Shown: one piece after another, positions 37,973-50,882 of the stretch | How positions within the stretch are numbered: the first letter of the stretch is position 1 | Layout of the letters: each line of letters opens with the position of its first letter | Source: Octopus vulgaris | Taxonomy: Eukaryota | NCBI GenBank assembly: GCA_951406725.2 | Contig: OX597815.1 | Coordinates: 197,284,001 to 197,348,000 of the forward strand | Length of the DNA: 64,000 nucleotides | Direction: 5' to 3' | Notes under the pieces: model-generated | The model's database searches: none | Told to the model about the DNA's origin: nothing | Seen by the model: the letters and a program-made list of their open reading frames with translations, nothing else | Position numbers and translations under genes: made by a program

Positions 37973-38468
37973 ACACACACACTCACACACACACATATAT
38001 ACATATACGACGGCCCGAGGCTATAGTAGAAGACACTTACCCAATATACCATGAGGTTGGTAAGCAAGCTACTTACAACACAGCCACTCCTGCGCCTCAT
38101 GAAAAATACTTATCACTGCTGTAGGCAAGAGGCCTGAAATTTTGGGGTAGTTGCTATCGATTATATCGATGTCAGTGCTCACTGGTATTTATTTTATCAA
38201 CCCCGAAATAATGAAAGGAGAATTTGATCTTAGCAGAAATTGAGCTCAGAGCTTAATGACGGACTAAGAGCCGCCTTCAAATCGATGAAAGAAAATTAAA
38301 CGGATCAACGTGTTTTTCGGATGAAGCTTATTGAATAGTTAATCACATTTAAGGAAAATGCATTCGATTAGTTATGGGAAACTGTCGGTTCCTGTGAGGT
38401 CCGACCAGTTAACTTTGGCATAGGACACATAAAAGCATTCAACTTCCCTTGTCTTTCTACCATAATTC

Positions 38469-39062
38469 TTATTTCTTTATTGCCCACAAGGGGCTTCACA
38501 CAGAGGGGACAATCAATAACAGACAAAAGGATTAAGTCGATTACATCGACTCCAGTGCGTAACTAGTACTTAATTTATCGACCCCGAAAGGATGAAAGGC
38601 AAAGTCGACCCAGGCGGAATTTGAACTAAGAACGTTAAGATAGGCGAAATACCTATTTCTTTATTACCCACAAGGGGCTTCACACAGAGAGGACAAACAA
38701 GGACAGACAAAGGGATTAAGTCGATTATATCGACTCCAGTGCGTAACTGGTACTTATTCAATCGACTACGAAAGGATGAAAAGCAAAGTCGACCTCTGGC
38801 GGAATTTGAACTCAGAACGTAGCGGCAGACGAAATACCTATTTCTTTACTACCCACAAGGGGCTACACATAGAGGGGACAATCAAGGACAGACAAAGGGA
38901 TGAAGTCGACTCCAGTACGTAACTAGTACTTAATTTGTCGACTCCGAAAGGATGAAAGGTAAAGTCGACCTGGGAGGAATTTGAACTCAGAACGTAACGG
39001 CAGACGAAATACGGCTACGCATTTCGCCCGGCGTGCTAACATTTCTGCCAGCTCGCCGCCTT
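38469..39062 (-). mobile_element. Family B SINE (Nin/Deu-domain-like), tandem trimer
   Basis: Three units of about 185 bp containing GCCTTTCATCCTTTCGGGGTCGATAAATTAAGTAC; a single 5' head AAGGCGGCGAGCTGGCAGAA. Confidence 0.9.
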
Positions 39063-40567
39063 TCACCATAATTCTAACACATATTTTCATAGAAATTGTT
39101 TACTGACAGAAGTTCTTCAGTTGTACTTTAGCACCTTATTATTCACCTAAAATACACGAAATGTACGATTAATTTTGGTGGTATTTAAACATAGAACTTA
39201 AATTGCTTTGTCTCGAACACCGCAGGTAATTCAGATGATATTATTTGCTCAACGAATTTTACTATATTAATAACAAAGGAATATGATAATTATGAATGTA
39301 TCTTTGTTACTCTTTGTAACTGCTATTCACAACTGGATATATAATCAGAAACGTATGAATATGATTCAATGTTCAAGTGGAAATGTTTGCATTTATGATG
39401 TATTTCAGTAAGATTTCCTTCTTTCAATTAGTGCGGAATAGCTAATACACAGTCTTAGAAAAGATATTTAGTCGCTAATTATTTTGATGTTGTTGCACTT
39501 GTGGCCATATGGAAAGAAACATTTCTATTATGAAATGTATTGACTGCAGATGTGCTAAGGTAAAGAACAGTCTGTATTATATGAAATAAGTGGATAGCAT
39601 ACATTGCATTTAAATTGAAGCAATATTATTTAAAAATAATTATCATTAAATAACATGATAATTAAATATTTAAATAATTCAGAATGCATTTAGTCACTGA
39701 ATAGGGTAACATTACCGAATTAATGCAAATAATGATTTATTTTCTGTGATCTGGATGTTTCCCTAGGTATAACAGATATGATTTTCCATCCCTCAATGTT
39801 AGATTTTACAAACTATAAAGATCCTAAGTGATTACACGAATTTAAAGAAAGCATGGGGTACATTCTAAGTGCCAAAGTTTTATGAAGTTCCATAAATTTA
39901 GCATCGGAGATATCGGGAAAATATCGTGAAATACGTTAATTAAAATTTACTACCAAAAAGCAGTTTGAATTCATAAATTATTTACTAACACTGTATGATT
40001 TTCTCAGCGATGTGCGCAAATTTCAGAGTTCAGAGTTTTCCTTTTACCTTTTAACCTACGTGTCAACTTGTAACGTTCTCGTCTTTGTTGACAGCGTCAG
40101 GTGAATTCATTCTGGTTATTTCACAATAGTAATTACCTCAGTTCTTATGACCATTGTGAATTAGTTGTCATTCAAGGTAACTTACGTGTATAAATAATGT
40201 CTACAACCGTCTACTCAAAATCAATGTTATGCCATTGATCTGTTGTCGTTTTGTATTTACCAGTTATTGATCATTATTGATCAATATTTACCAGTTATTG
40301 ATCATTATCAATTTCACATCATTTAGCAATACGGAAAGAATGACAAGAAATATTTTTAGCAATAAATTTGCTAAATTAATTGCAAACACATCAAAGTTTC
40401 ATTGAAAACAAATATCAAAATTCAAGCAATTTACTTGGAGAGACCATTTCTTGATAGAATAGATTATATTATGTTCTTAGCATAGAGTTTGAAAATTTAC
40501 GGTACTAGTGCAGTTTTTCAAATGGAATTTGTGTTATATCATCCTGTTATAGAAATATTATAAAATG

Positions 40568-40801
40568 AAGGCAGCAAGCTGGCAGAAACGTTAGCACGCC
40601 GGGTGAAATCCTTATCGCTATTTCGCCAGCCGTTAAGTTCTGAGTTCAATTTCCGCCGAGGTCGACTTTGCCTTTCATCCTTTCGGGGTCGATTAAATAA
40701 ATACCAGTTACGCACTGGGGTCGATATAATCGACTTAATCTGTTCTCTGTCCTTATTTGTCCCCTCTGTGTGAAGTACCTTGTTAGTAGTAAAGAAATAG
40801 G
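40568..40801 (+). mobile_element. Family B SINE monomer
   Basis: aaggcagcaagctggcagaaacgttagcacgccggg...gagttcaatttcc...gtaaagaaatagg. Confidence 0.9.
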
Positions 40802-41137
40802 AAATGCTGTAAAATTATAACAGATCTAACGAGACATGAAAATAGATTCTACATGCCCAGTTCAAAACTAGGTTTCAGAGCAATATCGAGAAACATTCAT
40901 TGCATAGCTTTTAAAATATTGGCCTCAATTGGGATAAACTGTACAGTTGACTAATATATATTTTATTGACCTTGGTAAAATTTCACAATGCTAATCATTG
41001 TAAAATCTGCAACTACTTGATAAAAAATGCAAGAATAGTTAATCGTACAAGTTACGGATCATTTTTAAAGAGACACTAGTTGAAATTTAAAATGAAACTA
41101 AGAGAAGTGTTTGCGTTACAAATCAGAAATTATCAAA

Positions 41138-41547
41138 GGCGCAGGAGTGGCTGTGTGGTAAGTAGGTTGTTTACCAACCACATTGTTCCGGGTTCAGTCC
41201 CACTGCGTGGCACCTTGGGCAACTGTCTTCTACTATAGCCTCGGGCCGACCAAAGCCTTGCGAGTGGATTTGGTAGACGGAAACTGAAAGAAGCCCGTCG
41301 TATATATGTATATATATATATATATGCGTGTGTGTGTTTGTGTATCTATGTTTGTCCCCCCTACCATTGCTTGACAACCGATGCTGGTGTGTTTATGTCC
41401 CCGTTACTTAGCGGTTCAGAATAAGAGACCGATAGAAAAAGTACTAGGCTTACAAAAGAATAAGTCCCGAGGTCGAGTTGCTCGATTAAAGGCGGTGCTC
41501 CAGCATGGCCGCAGTCAATTGACTGAAACAAGTAAATGAGTAAAGAG
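41138..41547 (+). mobile_element. Family A SINE, full length
   Basis: GGCGCAGGAGTGGCTGTGTGGTAAG head, GGGTTCAGTCCC B-box-like, CACCTTGGGCAA CORE-like segment, tail ending in (GAGTAAA)-like repeats. Confidence 0.92.
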
Positions 41548-41878
41548 CATTATAGTGTTTCCGAACATCATTCTGTGGTATTTGTGTCGTCCTCAAATAT
41601 GTTAAGATTGTCCTATTCACTACAAAAACTATCTATTTATATGAGTGGCTTTCTTTCGTATACCGGTGCAATTATCATAGCATAGCACCTTCAATATGTT
41701 GGCCTTCTGGATAGTTTCGGTGGAAATGGAGCAGCAATGTGTATGATATTATAAGAAATAGCTATAGGCAAAATACTATGACACGGAACACTTATATATG
41801 GCTTTCTTCGACGTCTTTATATATTATAAACTATAGATTCAGAGCGATGCCTCTTTTTAATACAGGCACTATAATATC

Positions 41879-42015
41879 TTACAATGATTTAAAACTTCTA
41901 TTGTCTCAATATCGTAGGCACAAAAGTCTTATTCAAAACTGTGTCCTGTTTTACAATGATTTAAAACGTCTATTGTCTCAATATCATAGGCACAACAGTC
42001 TTATTCAAAACTGTC
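41879..42015. repeat. 72-bp tandem duplication
   Basis: ttacaatgatttaaaac...ttattcaaaactgt starts at 41879 and 41951. Confidence 0.9.
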
Positions 42016-42544
42016 CACTTTTATTCAATGCTTACGTCAGTAATGTATCTAATATTTATGAATTAATCATAAAGCCATAAGCACCGAACTGGAGCGAAGT
42101 ATAAACCGTGACATGCTCACCGACAGGAGATAAACTATATATCCATCATAATTGATAACAACTTTAGCGTGAAGAGAAAAAAATATTCATTTGAATTTTT
42201 ATAACGTCATACAATTAAATATAGAAATCACCCACACAAGTTTTTGAAAACTATGATCTCTATTACATTTGTATTTTAATTTAATTCAAGTGGGCACCAA
42301 TATGGATGACTGAACTCAGACCGGTCTCAAGTTCGCGGCCATTGCATATCATCTTGGGCGAGTAAGTTTTCACATGCAGTTGGCTCTGCACATTTTTGTG
42401 TGTAAAATGTTTGTTAATGGAAATTGTACTGAAGTAGTGGTTATACATACGAAAATAAATATATATTATGTATATATGTACACCGCCGGCATATATATAG
42501 TAGGATAAGAAATAGAAAGCCCTTGAAAGTATTATATATTTGAA

Positions 42545-42685
42545 AAAATAAATAGAAATAAGTTTTTCTGATAATTTTTTCCAGTTTAATAATTAGACGC
42601 TTTAAGTTTACAAGAGATTGTGAACTTATACCTATCTAATTATTAAAGTGGAAGAATTATCAGAAAAACGATTTCTATTCATTTT
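42545..42685. repeat. Imperfect inverted repeat
   Basis: aatagaaataagtttttctgataatt...ttaataattaga versus tctaattattaa...aattatcagaaaaacgatttctatt. Confidence 0.7.
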
Positions 42686-44248
42686 CCGCCCCAAAAACGA
42701 AAAATAAAAAGTGTGTATGTGAGTGTGTGTATGTGTGTGTGAAAATTAGAATAAATATGTATGTATAAATATGTATGTATACATATGCATACATACATAA
42801 ATACATACATTTAAGTGTGTGTGTCAGTGTATATACGTATCTATGCATACGTATCTATTAGCAATTGTAAGTACGTGTGTTTTGGATCGATTTACGTATA
42901 TTTCACAGATCTATATCTGCAAAGTATGTGAACATATGTGTTAAAAGAAGTGAAACGCAAAAATAACAAACCTATTAAATTGTTGTTTGAAATAAAATTA
43001 ATCAGTGTTTTATTTATTCCACCTGAGCAATGCAGACAATCCCTTGGCACATTCGCCACCAGAAATGCAGCGAAGCAGTGATAGGTACGTCGCTGCTTCA
43101 CTGAGTTTCTGATGACGATTACAGAAAGGAAAACCTGTAACCGACGACACTATTGTTCAAGAAGGCATGAGTAAAATTTATAAAATAATAAATATGATGA
43201 ATAAAGCCATTAAATATCGTGAAACTGTCATAATTTCTTGCATCTTATCTATATTCATGACCCGATCCCCTCTCCCCCCCCAACATCCCAATATTAGCAG
43301 AAATTATTTTACACATAAATGAAGATAACAAATTTCGATTTAAAAAATGACACTTTTTCACTCTCATATTTTTTGTGGACATTAGCTGCTTACGACTCTC
43401 ATTAATATTTATATGATTCAATATAATTTTTTAGTGATTTAGAATAAACCAATTTTAAAGTTCCTAAACTTTATATGTGATATCGGAAATATCATGTATT
43501 TTTGCCGGAAATTTATTTTTTATTTCTGCATGCATAATCAATTAATCATATTCTTAAACACAATAAAAATATTATATTTTTTTTTTTTGCAAAATTGAAT
43601 TATCCTATATTTTCCTCTTTATTCAAATTTGTTATAATTGTATAACCGTGAATTTTGTAGTGCAATTATTTATTTTTAAACATATAAAAACGACAGCTTC
43701 ATATGAATAATTTCAATTAAAATTGTAATAAATATCTTAGTTAATTATAATAACCCATAAACTATTGCTTCGTTATTTAGTGACTACTTTCAAATCAATT
43801 TTTATTAATGTAAGGTGCGGCTACATAACACACACATACATACACACACAGACACAAACACACATACACGCACATGTTTCGAGTTTCCTTCGTCAATATA
43901 TCACGAAAGTTACAAACTACTAACCCATATATAATGTCCTTTATCTTTAGTATGCGAGAGGCTTACTTCTCAACTTTAGGAGAGCAACATAACTTATATC
44001 TTAACCTGTACGACAATATTATGAATGATAAAGGGTAACGGTCCTAATTAGACATGCAGTGCATTGACTTCTTTGCCATATAGCTTAACCCCATAAAATA
44101 TGAAGCTTTGATAAAGTGTAAATAGTTTACGGAAAGGTAACGTGGTGTCTCTGAAATTCAGCAGAGTTCTAAACCAAGCAGCTGAATTTGATCAGAATTA
44201 CTAAACATGGAAGGCTTTGTAAAAGCAGGTGTGTAGTACATATTCACG

Positions 44249-44285
<37 letters not shown>

Positions 44286-44846
44286 TGATATAACAATTTA
44301 AATTGCATTGCATATCCAATTTTAGAACCTCCGTTTACATCCTTATACATCAATTGAGAAAATTGCTAGGGCTCGTATTGTAGTCCAAGTTACCGTTCGC
44401 TTTATACTTCATAATTAAAAAGATCACTTTCAATATATAGAAAACATGAAACAAGAGAATAATAGATTATTTCAAAAGTAATCTTACAGATACAGCATTA
44501 ATCTGTTATATAAGTAAAAATCTCATAAGCGAATTACATTATCAAATCTTTCAGAGATTGCCTATGGTCTTACACTTGTAAATTACCTCTTAAGAGTTAT
44601 GATGGACTTTGGACAGTATTATGCTATCAATGTGACCATAATTACAACCTCTCCTTTCCCTCCATATACATGTAATCATACGCAAAGGAGGATTTGTACT
44701 CAGTAATACATGCTGAACGAAACACCCATCTCTTTTACAGTACCGCTGCTGTTTCTTTCTGGTACCTATTTACAGCTATTAGTGGAACTGGACAACGTGT
44801 AACCAACATAATGTTGGAGATATGATACGAACTGGCGCCCTTCAGA

Positions 44847-44975
44847 CAGAGCCGTCTTAACAGAATCGTAGGCCCGCGGGAAAATTAATGTACAAAGTAT
44901 ACATAAATCAGAATTGGATCCCTGATACGTGCGGCCCCTGAGCTCAGTGTGCTCCATCTATTTAAGACAGCACCG
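44847..44975. mobile_element. hAT-like MITE
   Basis: TIRs CAGAGCCGTCTTAA / TTAAGACAGCACCG; 8-bp TSD CCTTCAGA / TCTTCAGA (7/8 match). Confidence 0.7.
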
Positions 44976-45994
44976 TCTTCAGAAGCTGGCTGATGAAGTC
45001 ATTCACAGAGGTTTATTATTTAATGAAAAGCCATCCCTGACTACAGACATATAATCAAAAGCGTTCTAACCATGACTGTCCCATATTTATTTATATCTAG
45101 AACGACATTTGTGTCTACATTTTTGTTCTTAAAGATAGCCGTTTGAAATATCAAGAATTTGACTGCTGTTTCATGTAAGTCAAACGGCCTCATAGAAGCT
45201 CCTTAATAGGCTGATCCATACTCAATGTTTTGGGGTGATCGCTCGCTGAAAGCAGCGGAGAGCTCGACGCGGTTTCAATCACCAGATAAATATTTACGCC
45301 GCCAACATATTTGGGAATGGCATGAACGTCGTACAACCTACGTCATTTCCTTTTAAAGAGGAAGTGTCGTCAGCAAGAAACTCATGTGACATACATGTGT
45401 GTTTGTGCACCCGTATGTATGCGCGTGTATATGTATATATGTTAGCGCGATTGTTTTTTATTGTCCACGTATGCGTGTTTGCATGTGTGTATGTGCATGC
45501 ATATGATTTTGTAATTGTGTGTGTACATGCATGCATATTTTCATGAGTGCGTGCGTATGCGTGCACGCACGCGCATATGTCATGTGAGTATGTGTATTTG
45601 CACGAGTATACCTGTATGTGTGTGTGTACATGTAGGATAGAAGAAAAATAAAATCTGGTACATCCTGTTGAATTAGATTATCATATATTGGATTAATTTT
45701 TTCTTTGGTCGGTGACAGGATCACACGACCCGATTAATACTTTATGACATTGTATTTAGGTCAATTATGCTTGGCCTAATAATTTAACCCCCGTCTGATG
45801 TATTAATTAAACCGATAAATGTTCAGCGGACCAAAAGAAATAAAATAGTCATAACTTCATACATGCGCAATCACGAAACATTTGCATGTATACGATGTGT
45901 ATGCGCGTGCTTCTCTGTTGGTGACTCTAATGGAAAATGAATGGGGAAGAGGCTGGCTGGGATTTATTTATAAATTTCCTACGAGTTCATACAC

Positions 45995-46030
<36 letters not shown>

Positions 46031-46032
<2 letters not shown>

Positions 46033-46205
46033 CAAGGTCATGCACTGTTTATCTTGATATGAGATCACCGTGTCACGTGCACATATGGTTGTCATGCATG
46101 TGCCTGGTGTACCTTTGTCAGACTGGGTAGTCATGATGAGTATATTGGGCTTCGTATATTTTACCCCAGTGTCACTTTGATGATATGCAATTACTCTCTC
46201 ACTCA
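46031..46205 (+). mobile_element. Retroelement 3' end embedded in (TAA)n
   Basis: About 175 bp of unique sequence with (TAA)n tracts on both sides. Confidence 0.5.
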
Positions 46206-46229
46206 ATAATAATAATAATAATAATGTTT

Positions 46230-46590
46230 TCTAAATTTTGCCACAAGGACAACTATTTTGGGGGAGAGGACGAATCGGTTACATCGACCCCAGTGTTCGG
46301 ATCAGTACATATTTTATTGATCCTCGCAAGGATGAAATGCAAAGTCGACGTCGGCGGAATTTGAACTCAGAAACGTAACGACGGACGAAATACCGCTAAG
46401 CATGATAATCTTTTCTATTAAAACCACGGGGCCTGAATTTTTTTTTGGAGGAGTGGACTAGTCGATTACGTCGACCCCAGTGTTTCACTGGTACTTAATT
46501 TATCGACCCCGAAAGGATAGAAACCCAGAATCGACCTCGGGGGAATTTGAACTCAGAATGTAAAGACGGACGAAATGCTGCTATTTTGCC
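46230..46590 (-). mobile_element. Family B-related SINE, tandem dimer
   Basis: Two units with atcgaccccagtg...aaggatga...gtcgac...ggaatttgaactcaga. Confidence 0.8.
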
Positions 46591-47008
46591 GTATACATAC
46601 ATGGGCGCGCGCGCGCGTTTATTTTTATATCAGTATGTATGTATATTAAAAAATAAACATCAAAAGTGACGGATTACTCAATGCTTTTTTAGTAGAGTAC
46701 ATATCTATTTACTTTTTATAAGAAGGTTGATAGTGACTTGAAGATTTACTTTGCTCACATTTATCAGACAATATGGTGAAGGCGAGTAAGAGGGCAAAAA
46801 CTTCGAAGTCAGTGTCGAACTTTTTATTTGTAAAAGTTATATAAATTTACGCATATATACTGTTGTGTGTGTGTGTGCCCCTCGCGTACGTGCGTGTGTG
46901 AGAGTGTAAGTGTGAGTGCGTGTGTGTGTACGTGCGCGCCTATAGTTCGAATTTAAACAAAAGACGAAGACAGGTGAGGGAACAACAAATAGGTGTATTA
47001 GTTTGATC

Positions 47009-47037
<29 letters not shown>

Positions 47038-47039
<2 letters not shown>

Positions 47040-47330
47040 AGCAGAAATACCCGTCGTTGCTAGGGTAATTACTTTTACTGTTTCTTGGCTTGAGAAGCTA
47101 GAAAATGTGGGTATATCATATAGAAGAATAGCTTTACGTAAATCCAGGTGACTGCGATGGCACTGGAAAGGCTACAGGTCAAGTGGAATGATCCTTTTGT
47201 CACTGTTCCTTTTGGACGTTTGAATAGGTGGTATGCTAAAGGAGAATTCGAAAGATTCAGCTTTAACGACGTGAATGAAGCTATAAGAATAGCTATATCG
47301 TTATAAAAGAATAGCTTCACGTAATATATA
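47038..47330 (-). mobile_element. Helitron 3' end (far boundary not determined)
   Basis: Minus strand ACCCTAGCAACGACGGGT hairpin followed by ATTTCTGCTAG|T. Confidence 0.55.
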
Positions 47331-47744
47331 GGCGCAGGAGTGGCTGTGTGGTAAGTAGCTTGTCTACCAACCACATGGTTCCGGGTTCAGTCCCACTGCG
47401 TGGCACCTTGGGCGAGTGTCTTCTACTATAGCCTCGGGCCGACCAAAGCCTTGTGAGTGGATTTGGTAGACGGAAACTGAATAAAGCCCGTCGTATATAT
47501 GTATATATATATATGCGTGTGTGTGTTTGTGTGTCTGTTTGTCTCCTAGCATTGCTTGACAACCGATGCTGGTGTGTTTATGTCCCCGTTACTTAGCGGT
47601 TCGGCAAAAGAGACCGATAGAATAAGTACTGGGCTTACAAAAGAATAATTCCTGGGGTCGAGTTGCTCGATTAAAGGCGGTGCTCCAGCATGGCCTCATT
47701 CAAATGACTGAAACAAGTAAAAGAGTAAAAGAGTAAAAGAGAGT
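47331..47744 (+). mobile_element. Family A SINE, full length
   Basis: Nearly identical to 41138-41547; (GTAAAAGA)n tail. Confidence 0.92.
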
Positions 47745-48435
47745 ATGCTAGGCTACTGGTATAAAAATTTCTATAATTTTTTCCTACCCTATATAAATTT
47801 AAGAAATGATTTTAGCAACTTCTGAAACTTAATCGGAATTTGAATTTGCTGCTGATTGAAACTGCGCTTGCGTGGTTGATTTGAAAAATTAGAATACATA
47901 AGTATGAGACACGTGTTATTTGATCTCTAATTTATATATTAATGTTTTGGTGTATCCACTGATGTGAACTTCGCCTTGCAAATTATTTTATTTGCTAATT
48001 AAATTTCGAAACCGGCAGTAAAACATGGTAAATGTATTTTATTTTTTATTCCCTCTCAACTATATAAATTTAAGAATATATATATATATATATATATATT
48101 CTGTCTATCTTTTAAATTTGTTAAAGGGAAACGTTTTGAATATGGAAATAAATCTCCTATTCCATTAATCCCGCCACAGTCTAATGGATCAGAACCAGTT
48201 TGATGGGGTTGTACTAAGCTGTACCGATATAATATAGGATAAATGTAATAATTTTAACAATATTCTTTGGGTGTAATTTATAAACATTTAAGGCATCGCT
48301 ACATGTGATGGGTGGAAACGCGCGTAGTAATGCATTAAATGTACATAAATTCCATCGAGTTCCAACGTGCATCAAGCATATCGGGACTGATAATAACATT
48401 GCAATTTCACTGCCTGGCGCTCCCGCTCCGTAATA

Positions 48436-49852
48436 TCTATATCTATAAAACTCAAGATGCCTGTGTGTGTGTTTGTGTGATGTGTGCGTTTTGTGAGTTG
48501 TACGTGTTTGTGTATGCTTTTTATGTGTTTCTACAATTTTCATCCGATTTTGATTACATTTTTTTTATTCAATGGCAAATTTACTCAGGCAGGCAGGTCA
48601 CTGCTGCATTACGGATGCTTAGAGACATTCCTTTCTACGAGAAAAATCGATACCACTGAAGGCACCCCCAACTGTTTTGAAAAAAATAGGCAAACTTTGC
48701 ACGTGAGAAAAGTTTTTACAGGAACATCCAATGTTTATAATTTTGGCGTCATCTTGCGACATTTCAGACAAATATTTTGACACTGCCTTGGAGTCTCTGA
48801 TTCCCAAGAAAATTGCAGAAAACTTTGTAAAAGATACACGGTAGAAAACATTTTACTAGAAAGTCCGATTTCCTTGGTTTTTACGGCTAAAAAACCACCA
48901 TTTAATGGCTTTTCTATCGAGTATCTATTCTATGTCCAAAGGCATCCCTGTGTGACAAAAACGCGCGAAAAATTGTGAAAAAATTGATTTTATACATTTT
49001 TTCCCCCTTTAAATCTTCAAAAATTTCCCACTGCTTTGTGGATTGCGTTCAAACTTTACACACTATTTACTCATCCTAAAGATAACGTTAGAAGAATCCG
49101 ATATGCACAGAATCCATCTGCCTATGAGCAACAATTGCAAAAAAACTGAATAGAAAACCGTTTTTTGCTCTTAATTCCCTCATTTTTGATCAAATTCGTC
49201 CAAATCTCACATGAACAGTACAGATAACTCAACAATGGTTAAAAACTATTTTTGGTTAAAATTCTTTATTTAAAATTGCGACAGCTCCACGAAATACTGT
49301 GAAACGTCACATTTTCACATTTTTGCTGAGTTACACCCAAGAAAGCTGTTTCAAGGAACAGCTGAATTTTTATTGGCTTTTTGTTGCAAATGAACGGTTG
49401 TTGTGTCATAGTATTTGTTCTTTGTCTCTGTGCATATGGGTTCTACAGAAAACTGCAAAACATGTCCATTCCTACACCTCCAACAGTTTCACCTTTTTGC
49501 AAAGGGCTAGGGCTAGGCCAGCCTTCTATTCACACTCCTTCGCGTGCGAAAAAAGCTAATGGCATCTAGTTCACGCCATTTACATCAATCCCCTCATATT
49601 TATAATATCCTTTCAACACCAATCTAATAGGATAAAATGCCTGTGATGTCAAGACATTGTGCGATTTGTAAACATTACCTGAATTTCGAGGACCTCCTCC
49701 GGCGTTCGGTGGTTCAACTAATAAATGCCACTGGGGGAAAATGATTTCTTCCTCAAAAAATATTCATAGAGATGTACAACGAAAAAATAGTAGGAACTAT
49801 TTATAACATTGCCGAGTATTTAATCACCGAGCACCCCTGGTACTCCTGATAG
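48436..49852 (+). mobile_element. Probable non-autonomous Helitron (about 1.4 kb)
   Basis: A|TCTATATCTATAAAA start; 3' hairpin ACCGAGCACCCCTGGT followed by CTGATAG|T (degenerate CTAG), or CTAG at 49861-49864. Confidence 0.55.
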
Positions 49853-50181
49853 TATGTATACTAGTATATATATATATATATATACTATATCTGGATACCC
49901 CAGATATATACTATATCTGGATATCTCTGGATACCCCACAGTCGATTGACTACCGACGTTGGTACGTTTAAGTCCCGCAACTTAGCGGTTCAGCAAAATA
50001 TACCGATAGAATAAGTACTAGGGGGTCGATATGTTCGACTAAAGAAGGTGCTCCAGCATGGCCGCAGTCAACTGAATGAAACAAATGAAGGAATAAAAGA
50101 ATATATACGCATAACTAGAGAGTTAGTGAGAAACTGATTGATGCTTGTATGTCCATCAAATCGCATATTTATGTTATTATA

Positions 50182-50531
50182 TAGGCATAGGAGTGGCTGT
50201 GTGGTAAGTAGCTTGCTTACCAACCACATGTTTCTGGGTTCAGTCCCACTGCGTGACACCTTGGGCAAGTGTCTTGTACTATAGCCTCGGGCCGACCAAA
50301 GCCTTGTGAGTGCATTTGGTAGACGGACACTGAAAGAAGTCCGTCGTATATATATATATATATATATATATATTCTCTTCTCTGGATCTTTCCTTCTCCT
50401 ATGTTTCCGACGAAGAGCTCCGCTCGCAACGTTAAACGCTCCTTCTTTCTTTCTTTCCTGAGCGTCCAATAATACTATATGTGTTCCACGTTCTCGCGTT
50501 GTTGTGTTTTTTTGTGCTTTCTTGTTTGGAT

Positions 50532-50576
<45 letters not shown>

Positions 50577-50793
50577 ATGTTTGTGTGTCTGTGTTTGTCC
50601 ACCCCCCAAACATTGATTGATAACTGATGCTGGTGCGTTTACGGCCTCGTAAGCTTGTGGTTCAGCAAAAATGATCGATAGAATAAGTACCAGGCTTACA
50701 AAGAATAAGTCCAGGAGTCGATTTGCTCGAATAAAGGCGGTGCTCCACCATGGCCACAGTCAAATGACTGAAACAGAGTAAAAGAGTAAAATA
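50182..50793 (+). mobile_element. Family A SINE whose internal (TA)n holds a nested 50373-50536 insertion
   Basis: Head 50182-50347 and tail 50570-50793 are continuous family A sequence around a unique insert. Confidence 0.85.
50403..50437 (+). ncRNA. Degenerate hammerhead-like motif
   Basis: gttt-CCGACGA-a-gagc-tcc-gctc-GCAA-cg-TT-aaac; GAAA is mutated to GCAA. Confidence 0.45.
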
Positions 50794-50882
50794 GTATTAC
50801 ATATTCAAGAAATTTTATTACGTATATTTTTCAAGAGAGACATCCCTCTCACTCTCACGCGGGCCATTTGCATTTATGCATA

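Larger units (their letters stand above)
36011..38097 (-). mobile_element. Family A SINE split by a LINE insertion (pieces 36011-36090 and 37804-38097)
   Basis: The two pieces join into a continuous family A sequence at ATCGA. Confidence 0.85.

Noticed and set aside
38469-39062. Regularly spaced repeats resembling a CRISPR array
   Set aside because: Whole units repeat with no unique spacers, the context is eukaryotic and there are no cas genes.
43020-43090. Possible small host exon ending AG|GTACGT
   Set aside because: Weak acceptor and no recognisable protein similarity; cannot be supported without transcript data.
43105-43142. CTGATGA-cgattaca-GAAA-ggaaaacc-TG hammerhead-like string
   Set aside because: The cleavage position is G (NUG is not cleaved), stem II barely pairs, stem I is weak, and there is no repeat context.
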